NCBI RefSeq assembly: GCF_006345805.1
Contig: NC_043007.1
Coordinates: 7,130,001-7,194,000 of the forward strand
Direction: 5' to 3'
Source: Octopus sinensis
Lineage: Eukaryota
DNA: 64,000 bases
A program made the position numbers and the translations under genes. The notes under the pieces were generated by a model. It searched no databases and was not told the origin of the DNA. It saw nothing but the letters and a program-made list of their open reading frames with translations. Positions 1 through 11,843 of this stretch are shown one piece after another; position 1 is the first letter of the stretch, and each line of letters starts with the position of its first letter.

Positions 1-258
1 CTTCTTTGCTTTTTTTTCTTTCTTTTTTGGCAACCAGCGTTACTTGAATTACCTTCCTCTAATTATTAGCTTTGAAAAAAGTAGAATTGCTATAAGTACC
101 AGACTTCAAAAACAGATACTGGGGTCATAATTCGACCAAATCATTCGAGGTGCTTCCTCAGTATGACAGCTTTCCACTGCCTGAAAAGAAAAAAGAATAT
201 GGTTTTATTTTCATAATATGATGTAGAATTCTTTCAACATGTTACATTGACAGTTACA

Positions 259-298
<40 letters not shown>

Positions 299-1844
299 TA
301 TATATATATAAAATATATTTGCTGCTCTCTGCGTTGTGTATTTAAGTAACTCATACGATTTTATTTACATATCTCCTTGCTTATCCACTTATTATTCCTC
401 TGGCATCTATTATTTTGAACATTGTTTTAACCTTTGATCTCAATGATGGAGACAACACATGCGAAAGTATTCAAAACAACAAGTGCCATAGCGAAGCAAG
501 ACATCGATCAGATGAAATTGCAACGGCTGGTGGGGGTGGGGCACTAAGCATTGGAATTGTTCTGAAATTTAGATTAAAATATGTAAAGAGTAAACCTCTG
601 GAAAAAGTATTTAAGAATGTATTGAAATTGAAAGAACTCATGAATTGATCACTAAGTGTACGCTAAGAATATAGATTCTTAACTGCATAATATTCAAGAC
701 AAACGGTGCTCTCATTAACAAAATTCACTTGCCGAAGAACAAATGCGAGGCAGCAGTGAAGCAGCAGTGGCTCACATAATTGTAAATATCAGTTACTGAA
801 CCATGAACAGGGATTGAAAAATAGTCTGAAGGGCCTTAGCAAGGCATGTGTTCATTAGCAGAGGAATTTAAAAGGTATTTCCATTCCTAGAAGCTGTACA
901 ACAGCATGAATACCGAACAAATACATCAGCTATATCAGAGAAAAAGGACAAACGATTCTTCCGGAAAAAGTGAAAGTGATGATTGAAATTAAACCCATTA
1001 CTGCTAGAAGAAGAATATTCTAATGTGGTTATCCCTCGTCACGATTGTATAACTACACACAAAGAGTAAATAAAACCAGTACTATACTCGTATGAAAACT
1101 ACTCTTTCATAGAGACTCCTTAATTGCTCTACTATCCTTTCTAGTTCTGACTCAAATAATTTGCTGAAGAAATCTAACACTGATTATAAATGCCAGACAA
1201 TCCATATGTCGAATCCTCTGTAGCATGAATAGCTGAAAACTATTTGCTAAACAAAATACGCAGCTGGTGACCAGACTAAAAGTGTTTATAAATAAACCAA
1301 GATATAAATATGAATATCAGACGAAACAAAAATGATTAAGTTACTCTAAAAAAGTTGCAGATAGCAAAGCTTAGAATATTAAATTAGATCCATACAAAGT
1401 TATCAGATAATTAAAGCAGAACTTACGTTAGAAATAATTAGAAGCAGTTAAGTCGGTGAGATACAGAACAGGGAGATGATGAAGAAAATTATAAAAAAAG
1501 AATCAGATATATTCAAAACTGAAGTCAATCTTGATATAAGATAATAGATATGAATAAATGAGTTTAGACAAGAAGATACAAGAAACTACTGAGAGTAGTT
1601 TTGATGCCCACCTACACCCGCCCAATACTCATATCGACAGAATATCGCTCTCCTGCACACGGAGAACGTCGACAAAAACAATTAGAAAACTGTAAGAAAA
1701 TAACTTGAGCGGAGCAAGAAAAACACTTGGAAGTATCAAGTGGAACTTACTCGGATGATATTAGCGAAATCTCTCTATCTTACGCTCTTTCTGTGTTTCT
1801 TTTTCTGCTTGTCTCACTTAGTTTCTCTCTCTTTTGTGTCTGAC

Positions 1845-1984
<140 letters not shown>

Positions 1985-2061
1985 GATGGATGAATGAATA
2001 TTGTGCTAAAACGATGACAAGAAAAGTCTTTATATGGGGCGGCAATTTACAAACATTGAAT

Positions 2062-2486
2062 AGGCGCAGGTGTGGCTGTGTGGCAAGACGCTTGCTTCCC
2101 AACCTCATAGTTCTGGGTTCAGTTCCACTGCGTGGCACTTTGAGCAAGTTTCATCGACTATAGCCTCGGGCCAACGAAAATCCTTCTGAGTGGTTTTAGT
2201 AGACAGAAACTGAAAGAAGCCCATCGTATACATATATATATTTATATATATATATATATATATGCATGTTGTTTGTCTCTGTGTTTGTCCCAGCACCATC
2301 GCTTGACAACTGATGTTGGTGTGTTTAACTCCCCCGTAACTTAGCGGCTTGGCAACAGAACCCGATAGAATAAGTACCAGGCTTACAAACAATAAGACGA
2401 GGTGTCGATTTCTTCAACTAAAAGGCGGTGCTCCAGCATGGCCACAGTCAAAAACTGAAACAAGTGAAAGAATAAAAGAAAGAATA
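2062..2486 (+). mobile_element. tRNA-derived SINE, family 1 (octopus OK/OR-like), full length
   Basis: AGGCGCAGG.GTGGCTGTGTGG head, B-box-like GGTTCAGTTCC, internal (TA)n, tail GGCGGTGCTCCAGCATGGCC.CAGTC...GAAACAAGT; homologous to 11431, 17137, 21528 and 26110. Confidence 0.9.
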
Positions 2487-3439
2487 TAATGGTTAAATGG
2501 ATAAAGAAAAGTCGCAAACTTAACGTTGGAGTGGTTTGCAATTGACACAGAATGGTTTTTCATTTTGTGCCAAGTTCAAGGAATTTACACCTTAAACTAC
2601 CAGGAAGCTCTAAAAGAAACAGAATACATTAGCCAAGTATGGAATATATGTGGACATTCGACAGAAACGACGGATCACTTATCTAGAAATTATATATATA
2701 CACCAGCTGTGCCCCAGCATGGCCACAGCCTTAGAATAAAAGAATATCTACAGCAATGATAATGTTGGAGCTTTCCTATTCTAGAAAGGACCCGAACATT
2801 ACGGAATGATATTGAAAGAAATGTAAAGTAATAAATTACTTAGAATGACAAAGCATCAACACATTGGATTAGGTAGAATAATGCAGCCTTGGAGATGAGG
2901 ACAATCGGCGGGAGATTAATGTGAAGGAAAGGTATTTTCTCATGATTCAACTCAGTTATAATAAACGATAGGGTATCATTTACCTTTTATTTGATCTCGA
3001 AATGGAAATAACTTGTATTTTATATCCACACCATGCAATGAAATATGATAACGATGAACATGAGGATGATCAGCGCCAGCAGCGGCATGCAGGAGAGTCA
3101 CTTGACGGGAATCTTACAAAGATATATTACAATTTCTGTAGGGTTTCATATAATTATGTGGTTAAAATAGTGACGAGAGAAGGAAATGAAATCGAAAGAC
3201 AAGAAATTAGTTCCGGTGGGAACGAGGAAATTAAATTGACCGAATATTGGACAGGTAATTTAGAAGGAAGAAAGGCAAATTTTATCCCGGCGTTGTTTGA
3301 ATTCAGAACATAAAGTGCCAACACTAAATATTCTTCTTGTCCAGTGTTCTAATAATCCTTGCTATTCTAGGCACAAAACCTGACATTTTATGGCAAGGGA
3401 ATTCACGATTACATCAACTCCACTGTTTAATTGCTCCTT

Positions 3440-5010
3440 ATTTCATCGATACCGAAATGGTAAAAGGCAAAGTCGACCTCGACAGAATTCGAACTCAGAT
3501 CGTATTGATGGACGAAATGCAGCTAAGCATTTTGCCCCGCGTACAAAATGATGTTTTTACGTCAGAATAAGGCTATAAATTTTACGGGTGATCGATTATA
3601 TCGACCTCAGGAATTTATTTCAAAATATTCTATCGATATCGGAATGTTGAAAAACAGAGTCAATCTCGACAAGTTTTGAACGCAGAAGATAAAGGACCAT
3701 AATGAGTGTAAGATAGGCACAATAAGGGCAATTTTGTGAAGTGACGTTCAGTCAACATTGTAGTCCGCAACACTTGACTAGTCTTATGTTTTATTTACCT
3801 CGAAGGGACGAAAGAAATGATGATCTTGAAAAGACGAAAAATATGTTGAACTGATAAAAAGCCGTGCGAAATACCGCAATGAAAATATTCCACTGCCTAA
3901 CAATCGTAAGAAGGTGACCACCCTCTTGTAATTACTTTTGGTTTGAGAAGTGGGTTAAAAGTTTTGTTTGTGGGGATTAGTCGATTACCTTGACCCCTGT
4001 GATTCACTGCAACTTTATTTTAGAAAGGATGAAAGGCAAAGTTGACCTTAAGAAGAGTTCGAAGAGATATCTTGAGATATTAACGCATTAACTCCAGAGC
4101 GATTCTGCCAAATCGCCGCCCAAATATGGCATTAACATTAGATTCTGATTCGGACACAAGACCAACAAAACTGAGGAAGAGGGATTAGATGATACCATCA
4201 CTTGCAGTTCTTGACTCGTCTTTTATTTTATCGTCCTGAAAAGGATCGAAACCTGTTATCCCCGTACCACGTTTTCTAAACACAGAAAGTAAAAAGATGC
4301 TCTAAGGTCTTTGACAGCTCGTCATAAAATAGTTGCACGAGGCCAGAAATCTTAAGGGAAGCGTGTGAGTGGATTACATCGATCCCAGTGCTCAAATTGA
4401 ACTTATTTTATTGACCCCGATTAAATTAAAGGCAAACTCGGAATTTGAACCCAGAATGTAATGCCATAAGAAATACCTATTTCTTTATTGCCCACAAGGG
4501 GCTAAACACAGACAGGACAAACAAGGACAGACAAACGGATTAAGTCAATTATGTCGACCCCAGTGCGTAACTGGTACTTAATGTATCGACCCCGAAATGA
4601 TGAAAGGCAAAGTTGACCTCAGCGGAATTTGAACTCAGAACGTAACGGCAGACGAAATACGGCTACGCATTTCGCCCGGCGTGCTAACGTTTCTGCCAGC
4701 TCGCCGCCTTCAATGCCATAAGAAATACCGCTAACCATATTATCCGGCATGACCATGATAATGTCAGTTCCCCGCCTTCTTTTCGGCTATAATAACAGTT
4801 TCACGTTTTGTCATAAGGCCGTCAATTTAAAGTGGAGATGAGTGGAATAAATTGACCCCAATTATCGATCGGTACTTATTTAATCTAATTCGAAAGCAGG
4901 AAAGACAATGTTGACCTCGAAGGAATTTGAACTTAGAACGCAAAAAGACGGATGAAACGCTGCTAGGCATGTCCACCGAAGCACAGACTATTCCGCCGGT
5001 TCACCGCTCT
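3440..5010 (-). mobile_element. Pile-up of about 7-8 decayed SINE family 3 cores, all in the same orientation
   Basis: Recurring AAAGGCAAAGTYGACCTC..GGAATTTGAAC.CAGAA motif at ~3462, 3645, 4030, 4428, 4602 and 4900, plus weaker copies. Confidence 0.75.
4478..4711 (-). mobile_element. Young SINE family 3 copy with an 18-bp target-site duplication, nested in an older SINE
   Basis: AATGCCATAAGAAATACC at 4460-4477 and 4712-4729; intact head AAGGCGGCGAGCTGGCAGAAACGTTAGCACGCCGGGCG on the minus strand. Confidence 0.9.
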
Positions 5011-5720
5011 CTTTTTGTCAGTAAAAATGAGAATAATAACAATAACAGTATAAAAAAAAATTACGCTAAATACATTACATTTATTACAGAGAAATAGGAC
5101 ACACGTTAATTGCTACTTTACACAAATTATATTCCTCAACAATTACCGATCGTTATTCCTTCTCATTTCAGTGCGTATTTAGTATTAATTATATTACATA
5201 TATGAATGTCACTTGGTGCTGAAATGGTATAAAGATTATAATCACTTACTGAAGCTATATCAACTCTATATCTCAATACAATGCAACTATAACATCACTT
5301 AAACATACGCCCATATTGTACTGATTTTTTTCCAGTTCTACAATATGTTAGTATTGGTTAGAAAACACTGACATTTATAAGCAGAGGTTGTAAAAGAAGA
5401 GGGAACCTAATGATTGACTAACGGCAGGTAACGTAACACATGATTTTCCTCTACCTCATTGTAAGGCAAAGAGAACAGTGTTGTCTGTCACAACAATAAT
5501 CTGTTCATTCAGTAGTGATGACGCTCAGATTGATATGACATGCTTGTGTACTTATAATAATAATTTCAAGAACAATAGCAGTTAGATTGTCAAGGGTATA
5601 TGTATGTATGGACGTATACATATATATATATATATATATATACTTACACAGACAGATACCTACTTACATACATACATACAAATATGAATATATTTACAGA
5701 CAGATACTTACATACATGTA

Positions 5721-5765
<45 letters not shown>

Positions 5766-5810
5766 TGTTTGTTCATATTCAGGGCATTACTATACATAAA
5801 TGCCTCACGG

Positions 5811-6023
5811 TAGGAGGGACTTTTAAAGTCAAAACTACCATAATAAACACATTTTGTACCAAACGCGAGGGAATGCAACTCTCGAAGCAAGCCTTTTAAG
5901 AAGATATTCTGTTAAAAACTGAATCTGTTTTTGAAAGGCTCGCTTCGAGAATTGCATAACCTCTCGTTCGGTAAACAAAAAATGGGTTTATTATGGTAGT
6001 TTTGACTTTAAGAGTCCCTCCTA
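5811..6023. mobile_element. Fold-back MITE with long TIRs and apparent TA target duplication
   Basis: Outer 38 bp pair at 37/38 (5811-5848 vs 5986-6023); pairing continues inward (TGCAA.TCTCGAAGC.AGCCTT); ends TA|GGAGGGAC...GTCCCTCC|TA. Confidence 0.8.
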
Positions 6024-7012
6024 GCATGATAAATATATTTAAAGGGAATAATTAATAATTTTTTTCCAATTAGCGATGAAATGACAAGCATTTATTTACA
6101 TAAATATCCATTTAGGAAACTTATGCACAACAGTTAGTTGCATAAATCCTTTTCAATAAGGGGTGAGAGTTCAAATTCCATGCGTGCTCACTCTTTTGTT
6201 TCCATCGAGGGCTTATATACCCCGATACTTATCCTTGCTTCTCCGACATTTCTTTACCATTTTGAGAGTAGCCAGGTAGATACAAGTCAATTCTCGAAGT
6301 GCTACTCTAGCGCATCGTAGCCAAAAAGCTAGTCTTTCTCTCTTATTTGTTTTTATTATCTAAAATCACAGGATCCGCTAAATACGAGCAACGATGTGCC
6401 CGGAATATATCTAACCAGCGTCACGGTTCTTGACCTACAATCCATATTCCCGTTTCATACTTCGTGTCTAATTGAGAAACTACCTTCAATTAATTAGATA
6501 CATGGTAGTAAATGAAAGAAAAACACTTTCCTTGCAATTTCATAACAATATTTCTGTGAGCCACAAATATAATCCCAGTTCTGTGTTTCATATAAACAAG
6601 CACGAACTTACAACATTGACAAATACTTATAGTTTAGAAAGAGTTTCAAACTTTTGCCATATTAACACAATGCACTTCGTAGAAGAGAATGGTTTGTTTT
6701 TTATTTTCACTTGAAAGTGTTTATAATAATCACTGTAACTTATCAACGCCTATGAATCGACTTGATCATTAAAATGTTAAACATACAAATTGCAATGAAG
6801 AGATACACAATAGACAGACTTCTGGGAACGATTAAGAATTAGTATTTTAACGGGCATTTCTAGAAATGTGTGTGCTTGTATTATAATGTTTTGTTTCTTT
6901 TCTGATCCCAAAATATATCTCTGCTTTTAGCATTCCTTAGATTCATATATATACATACACATAGAGACACACACATACACACACACAACACACACACACA
7001 CACATACACACA

Positions 7013-7045
<33 letters not shown>

Positions 7046-7186
7046 TTCATTAACGCCCAATACGGAACAGCTTTATAAGCAAGAGCTAGTTGTGTTTTTC
7101 AGCCATGAAAGGCAGTGAGCAGAATTGATACGATTTACATGTCCATAAAATGTTCATTAACTTCTTACACGTATACACACGCTCCC

Positions 7187-7239
<53 letters not shown>

Positions 7240-7445
7240 TATATAAAATTATTACATTATATAAAAGGGCTTAGTCAAATAAATTACTTTGCCACATACT
7301 GAACTCATTAGAAATAGTAGCTAAAAAAACTTTTTTAAAACTATTTCTAATACTTAAAGAAAATCTCTCTCATATAGTGTTTGCTCAATTCAACTCACGA
7401 AAGTATGGGGGTAAAGACATTAAAAAATCAAATGCAAAGGTTATT

Positions 7446-7497
7446 TGAGAACGTACGTTTCTAGATTAGTCAACTCGACATTTCTTTCGTCAGCTCA
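7446..7497 (-). ncRNA. Mirror copy of the same hammerhead motif (left arm)
   Basis: Exact reverse complement of 7783-7834. Confidence 0.75.
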
Positions 7498-7782
7498 GAA
7501 CTCCTTGGTTTGGATTTGAAAACACTGAAATTGGGAGCATACCCTTTCGGCTTCTTATCGCTTCTGAAGATCTGCTCGAACTATCAGTGCCAGCAAACTC
7601 AAAATATGCAAGCGAAGAATTTCTGCTCTCCCCTTTCCACCAGCGTGGGGAGAGCAGAAATTCTTCGCTTGCATATTTTGAGTTTGCTGGCACTGATAGT
7701 TCGAGCAGATCTTCAGAAGCGATAAGAAGCCGAAAGGGTATGCTCCCAATTTCAGTGTTTTCAAATCCAAACCAAGGAGTTC

Positions 7783-7834
7783 TGAGCTGACGAAAGAAAT
7801 GTCGAGTTGACTAATCTAGAAACGTACGTTCTCA
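7783..7834 (+). ncRNA. Type I hammerhead ribozyme motif (right palindrome arm)
   Basis: Stem I TGAG/CTCA, core CTGACGA, stem II AGA..GTC-GAGTT-GAC..TCT, GAAAC, palindromic stem III AACGTACGTT, GUU triplet (cut predicted after 7830). Confidence 0.75.
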
Positions 7835-8116
7835 AATAACCTTTGCATTTGATTTTTTAATGTCTTTACCCCCATACTTTCGTGAGTTGAATTGAGCAAA
7901 CACTATATGAGAGAGATTTTCTTTAAGTATTAGAAATAGTTTTAAAAAAGTTTTTTTAGCTACTATTTCTAATGAGTTCAGTATGTGGCAAAGTAATTTA
8001 TTTGACTAAGCCCTTTTATATAATGTAATAATTTGAATTCGCCTTAAATGGTCCTTTGCATACTGAATACTTGGTGAAATTGATTAATAATTAATTAATT
8101 TTACCCTCAATTGTTG

Positions 8117-8199
<83 letters not shown>

Positions 8200-8219
8200 C
8201 CTCCCATATACATACATAT

Positions 8220-9041
8220 ATAGTGTACGAAGGGGAAATAGTCGCCAGTTTACATTTTTAATTTCGTGCATCCGCATTGGTTTTGATTTTGTCGACTGCA
8301 CAGTATAGTGGGGTGAGAAAGACACCACCATGGTGCAATTCTCTGTGCCAGAAATTTGGAAACTACATTCTGTACTGCATGGCATTTGCAGCGGAAGCTC
8401 AAATACGAACATTTCAGAATGTTTAGGAGTCAGTCTAAGCACAGTGTAAACTGAGGACATGTACCAAGAGTAATAAAAACCAAACATCCAGCCAACATTA
8501 TGGTATTTGGAGTGATCGCTAGTGATGGCGACGTTATGCCTCCATTCATCTTCCAATTCGGCCTCGAACTCAACACGGAGACCTCCATCAAGAGCATGAA
8601 GGAGGTAGTGCTGCCCTGGGTCAAGAGGTGGCTGATGGAAGACTATGTCTGGACTCTGTACCATGCCACACGAGCAAGAGAATTCACTCATGTCTGTCAG
8701 ACAATTTCTGTGACCACAGTGCCCCTAACATCTGGCCACCTAACTCCTCAGGCTGCAACGCCCTTGATTATTATGTGTGGGGTGCAGTTGAGCGCGAGAC
8801 CAAAGATGAGCTAGAGGCAAGGATTATGGTAGCATTCCCCAACTTAAACAAGGAGACCGTCCAGAAGATTTGCAGGAGATTCCCAAGTCGTTTGGAGACC
8901 GTGGTTGATGTCAATCGCGAGTTTATTGAATAAATTTACTCATTAGTATTTCAAGATATTTTTATGTAGTTAAAAACGAGTTGTCAGTGTTATTTTCATT
9001 TTTGCGTAATTTAGACGACAATATATTCACCGCACCCTTTA
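8220..9041 (+). mobile_element. Internally deleted maT/DD37D-like mariner-family DNA transposon
   Basis: TKHPANIMVFGVIASDGDVMPPFIF, DSVPCHTS, IWPPNSSGCNALDYYVWGAVERET, CRRFPSRLETVV..NREFIE*; degenerate TIR pair ending CGCACCCTT|TA. Confidence 0.85.
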
Positions 9042-9737
9042 TATTTGATGAGAAGCTTGTACTATCTACTTTCACTTAGATGGGTTTGAACTGGCAAGGG
9101 GCGAGTTATTCTGACTCTATACGCACGATGATATGATGCAAGCTAAACATATCCGCTGGTTGAAGCGAAGAGGCCGCGAAAAATAAATCGTTAGTCTAAT
9201 ATACGACCGATATATTTAGCCCGGCCTTTCTCTTTGTGTCATAGCTACAGATACATTAAGATTTGGAAGAAAATGAAATCATTTCATTTTTATTTAAGTT
9301 ATTTATTCTTAATTTTTGATAGAAATTTACCCGTCTCTAAGGCGACATCACGGATCTCTTTACGCTTTGTATGTAATTAATTATAAAGTCAAAACACTAA
9401 ACAAGCTATGGAGATTGTGTTACATAAGCCTCTTAGAATTGATCAAAGGATGCAATTGTTTGTGAAGAGTAAATCTAGCCTTGAGCTTTCTGCCGCATAC
9501 AATGCAGAGGTCTATGTTTATCTAACTAATTGCTTGTCTACTCGCGAATTTTTTCTCAACACGAAAAGCTTCAGCTCCAACTAAACGAAGCTACGCTGGG
9601 CTTCCATACAATTACAGCCTTAACGACAAAAGAAATCTCTATGAAAAGGAAATGCGATCGAGTCTTCATTGAATTACAGTAATAAATATTATTTACAGAT
9701 GTGGAATTGATAAATATGAAATATATATATATATATA

Positions 9738-9875
9738 GCTTTTATCCTTTCCTCGCTTCAGTCATTGGACTGCGGCCATGCTTGAGCACCGCCTTGAATG
9801 TCTCAGTCGAACAAATCGGTCCTTGTACTTCAATTCTTAAAACCTCTTACTTATTATATCTGTTTCTTTTGTTCG
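9738..9875 (-). mobile_element. SINE family 1, 3' fragment
   Basis: CAGTCATTGGACTGCGGCCATGCTTGAGCACCGCC tail motif. Confidence 0.75.
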
Positions 9876-9944
9876 AATGGTATCTCAGACCAAAACAACC
9901 CAATCCATGCTGTTAACCCGCGCGAAAAGTGTATACAAATACAA

Positions 9945-10196
9945 AGACTGGCTTAGATGTTAGGGTGTCAGCATCATGATTGTAAGACTGTGGTTTCGAT
10001 TCCTGGACCGGGCGAGGCGTTGTGTTTTCAAGCAAAACACTTCATTTGACGTTGCTCCAGTCCACTCAGCTGAGAAAAAATGAGTAACGCTGCGATGGAC
10101 TGGCGTCCCGTCAAGCTAGGGAACACATACGCCATAGAAACGGGGAAACCGAGCCCGTGAGCCTGGCTAGGCTTTAAAGGGACGCATTTTTTTTTA
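9945..10196 (+). mobile_element. tRNA-derived SINE with Meta/V-domain-like core
   Basis: GGTTTCGATTCC B-box-like head, GCTCCAGTCCACTCAGCTG and CTGCGATGGACTGGCGTCCCGTC core words, T-rich end. Confidence 0.65.
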
Positions 10197-10199
10197 GAT

Positions 10200-10362
10200 A
10201 TACGACGGGTTTTATTATTTTTGTGTTTTTTTTTTCTTTTTCTCTCCACCAAATCCACTCACTCGAGTAGAAGACACTTGTGCAAGACGCCACCTGATGG
10301 AAGAGAACGCAATACCATGTGATTGAGAAGCAAAGTATTTACCACACGGCTACGCCTGCGCC
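10200..10362 (-). mobile_element. Decayed SINE family 1 head
   Basis: CCAAATCCACTCAC, GTAGAAGACACTTG, TTACCACACGGCTACGCCTGCGCC. Confidence 0.65.
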
Positions 10363-10817
10363 GATGTAGTTTGCTGATACTTAAATTACAATCTTATTGT
10401 GATATAAGGAAAAAAAGACGATTATTATTCTGAGATTCTTTATGGAAATAGTTCAGGATTTACTCGTCAAATCTTGCTTACATCTGACGAGGCAACTTTT
10501 CCAAAGACTTTCTCGAATATAAACCTAGAAAAACATTAGTAATGCTTAACACTTTACAATCTTGCAAGGAAATGGAAACATTCCTTTGACAGCTATAGAA
10601 GCCATCTACCAAAGCAGCGGTTCCCGTCTCTAAATATTATTGGGTGAAATATGTAAAAGTTCACTTACTACTCTCAATTTCTTTTCGAACATATGATGAT
10701 GGTCTGGCTGTCTGTCTATCTATCAATCTATCTTATCTATCGCTTTCTTTCTCTCTCCCTCTCTCTCCTTTTCCCCTCTCACCCTCGCTCTTTCGCTTTC
10801 CCTGTCTCTCTCTCTCT

Positions 10818-10869
<52 letters not shown>

Positions 10870-10956
10870 ATATATATAATATAATGAAATTATTGTATAC
10901 AGTGCTCAGGTGCACCACATATATATGTATATGTGAGTGTGTGTGTGTATAATATC

Positions 10957-11019
<63 letters not shown>

Positions 11020-11396
11020 ATATCATATGTGTGATAGTTTCGAGAAATATTAGCAGATTGCAGCAATATCAAGCAGGTTGAGTGGGTGGTGGGAGAAGAG
11101 GACAGATACATGGTCGATCAACTAGAGAAGGAAATGGGATGAGAAGCAGTTTTCTATTTTGAAATCTCATGAGGCAAGTGCCTTCTTGAACAGGCACCTA
11201 TTTAGTAGGGGGCTTCATTAAACATACTCCCACACAAAACTATACACAAAGCACAAAGGCAAACATGCACGAATACACGGATATATATATATATATATAT
11301 TTAAATTTTGCATATGTGTGTATGTCTTTGTGCGTGGGCGTGTGTGTATGAATGTGCGTCCATATATGTTTAATATGTTTATATATATGCACCTAC

Positions 11397-11427
<31 letters not shown>

Positions 11428-11430
11428 ACA

Positions 11431-11843
11431 CTTACTCTACACTCTCTCTTGTTTCAGTCATTTGACTGTGGCCATGCTTGAGCACCGTCTTTAGTCGAGG
11501 AAATCGACCCCAGGACTTATTCTTTGTAAGCCTAGTACATATTCTATCGGTCTCTTTCGCCGAACTGCTAAGTTACGGGGACATAAACACACCAGCATCG
11601 GTTGTCAAGCAATGTTGTGGGGGGATAAACACAGACATACAAATATACACACACACATACATATATACATACATATATACGACGGGCTTCTTTCAGTTTC
11701 CGTCTATCAATTCCACACATAAGGCTTTGGTCGGCCCTAGGCTATAGTAGAAGACACTTGCCCAAAGTTCCACGCGGTGGGACTGAACCCGGAACCATGT
11801 GGTTTATAAGCAAGCTACTTACCACACAGCTATACCTACGCCT
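11431..11843 (-). mobile_element. SINE family 1, full length
   Basis: Colinear with 2062-2486 and 21528-21944. Confidence 0.9.

Larger units (their letters stand above)
7246..8034. repeat. Perfect inverted repeat: 388-bp arms (7246-7633 and 7647-8034), 13-nt spacer TTTCCACCAGCGT
   Basis: Arms checked block by block with no mismatch found; paired coordinates sum to 15280. Confidence 0.97.
7246..8120. mobile_element. Probable Penelope-like (PLE) pLTR-derived cassette in inverted arrangement, inserted in (TA)n
   Basis: (TA)n on both sides, right arm extends 86 bp further (8035-8120), carries a hammerhead motif; the PLE assignment is inference. Confidence 0.6.

Noticed and set aside
415-1000. 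Short exon-like open frames near the window start
   Set aside because: From about 690 they line up with decayed Dong/R4 RT motifs; no coherent splice chain
7563-7582. CTGAAGA-TCTGCTC-GAAC inside the palindrome
   Set aside because: Lacks GAAA and any stem I/III pairing
7490-7790. Four ORFs, mirrored on both strands
   Set aside because: A by-product of palindrome symmetry; no recognisable protein
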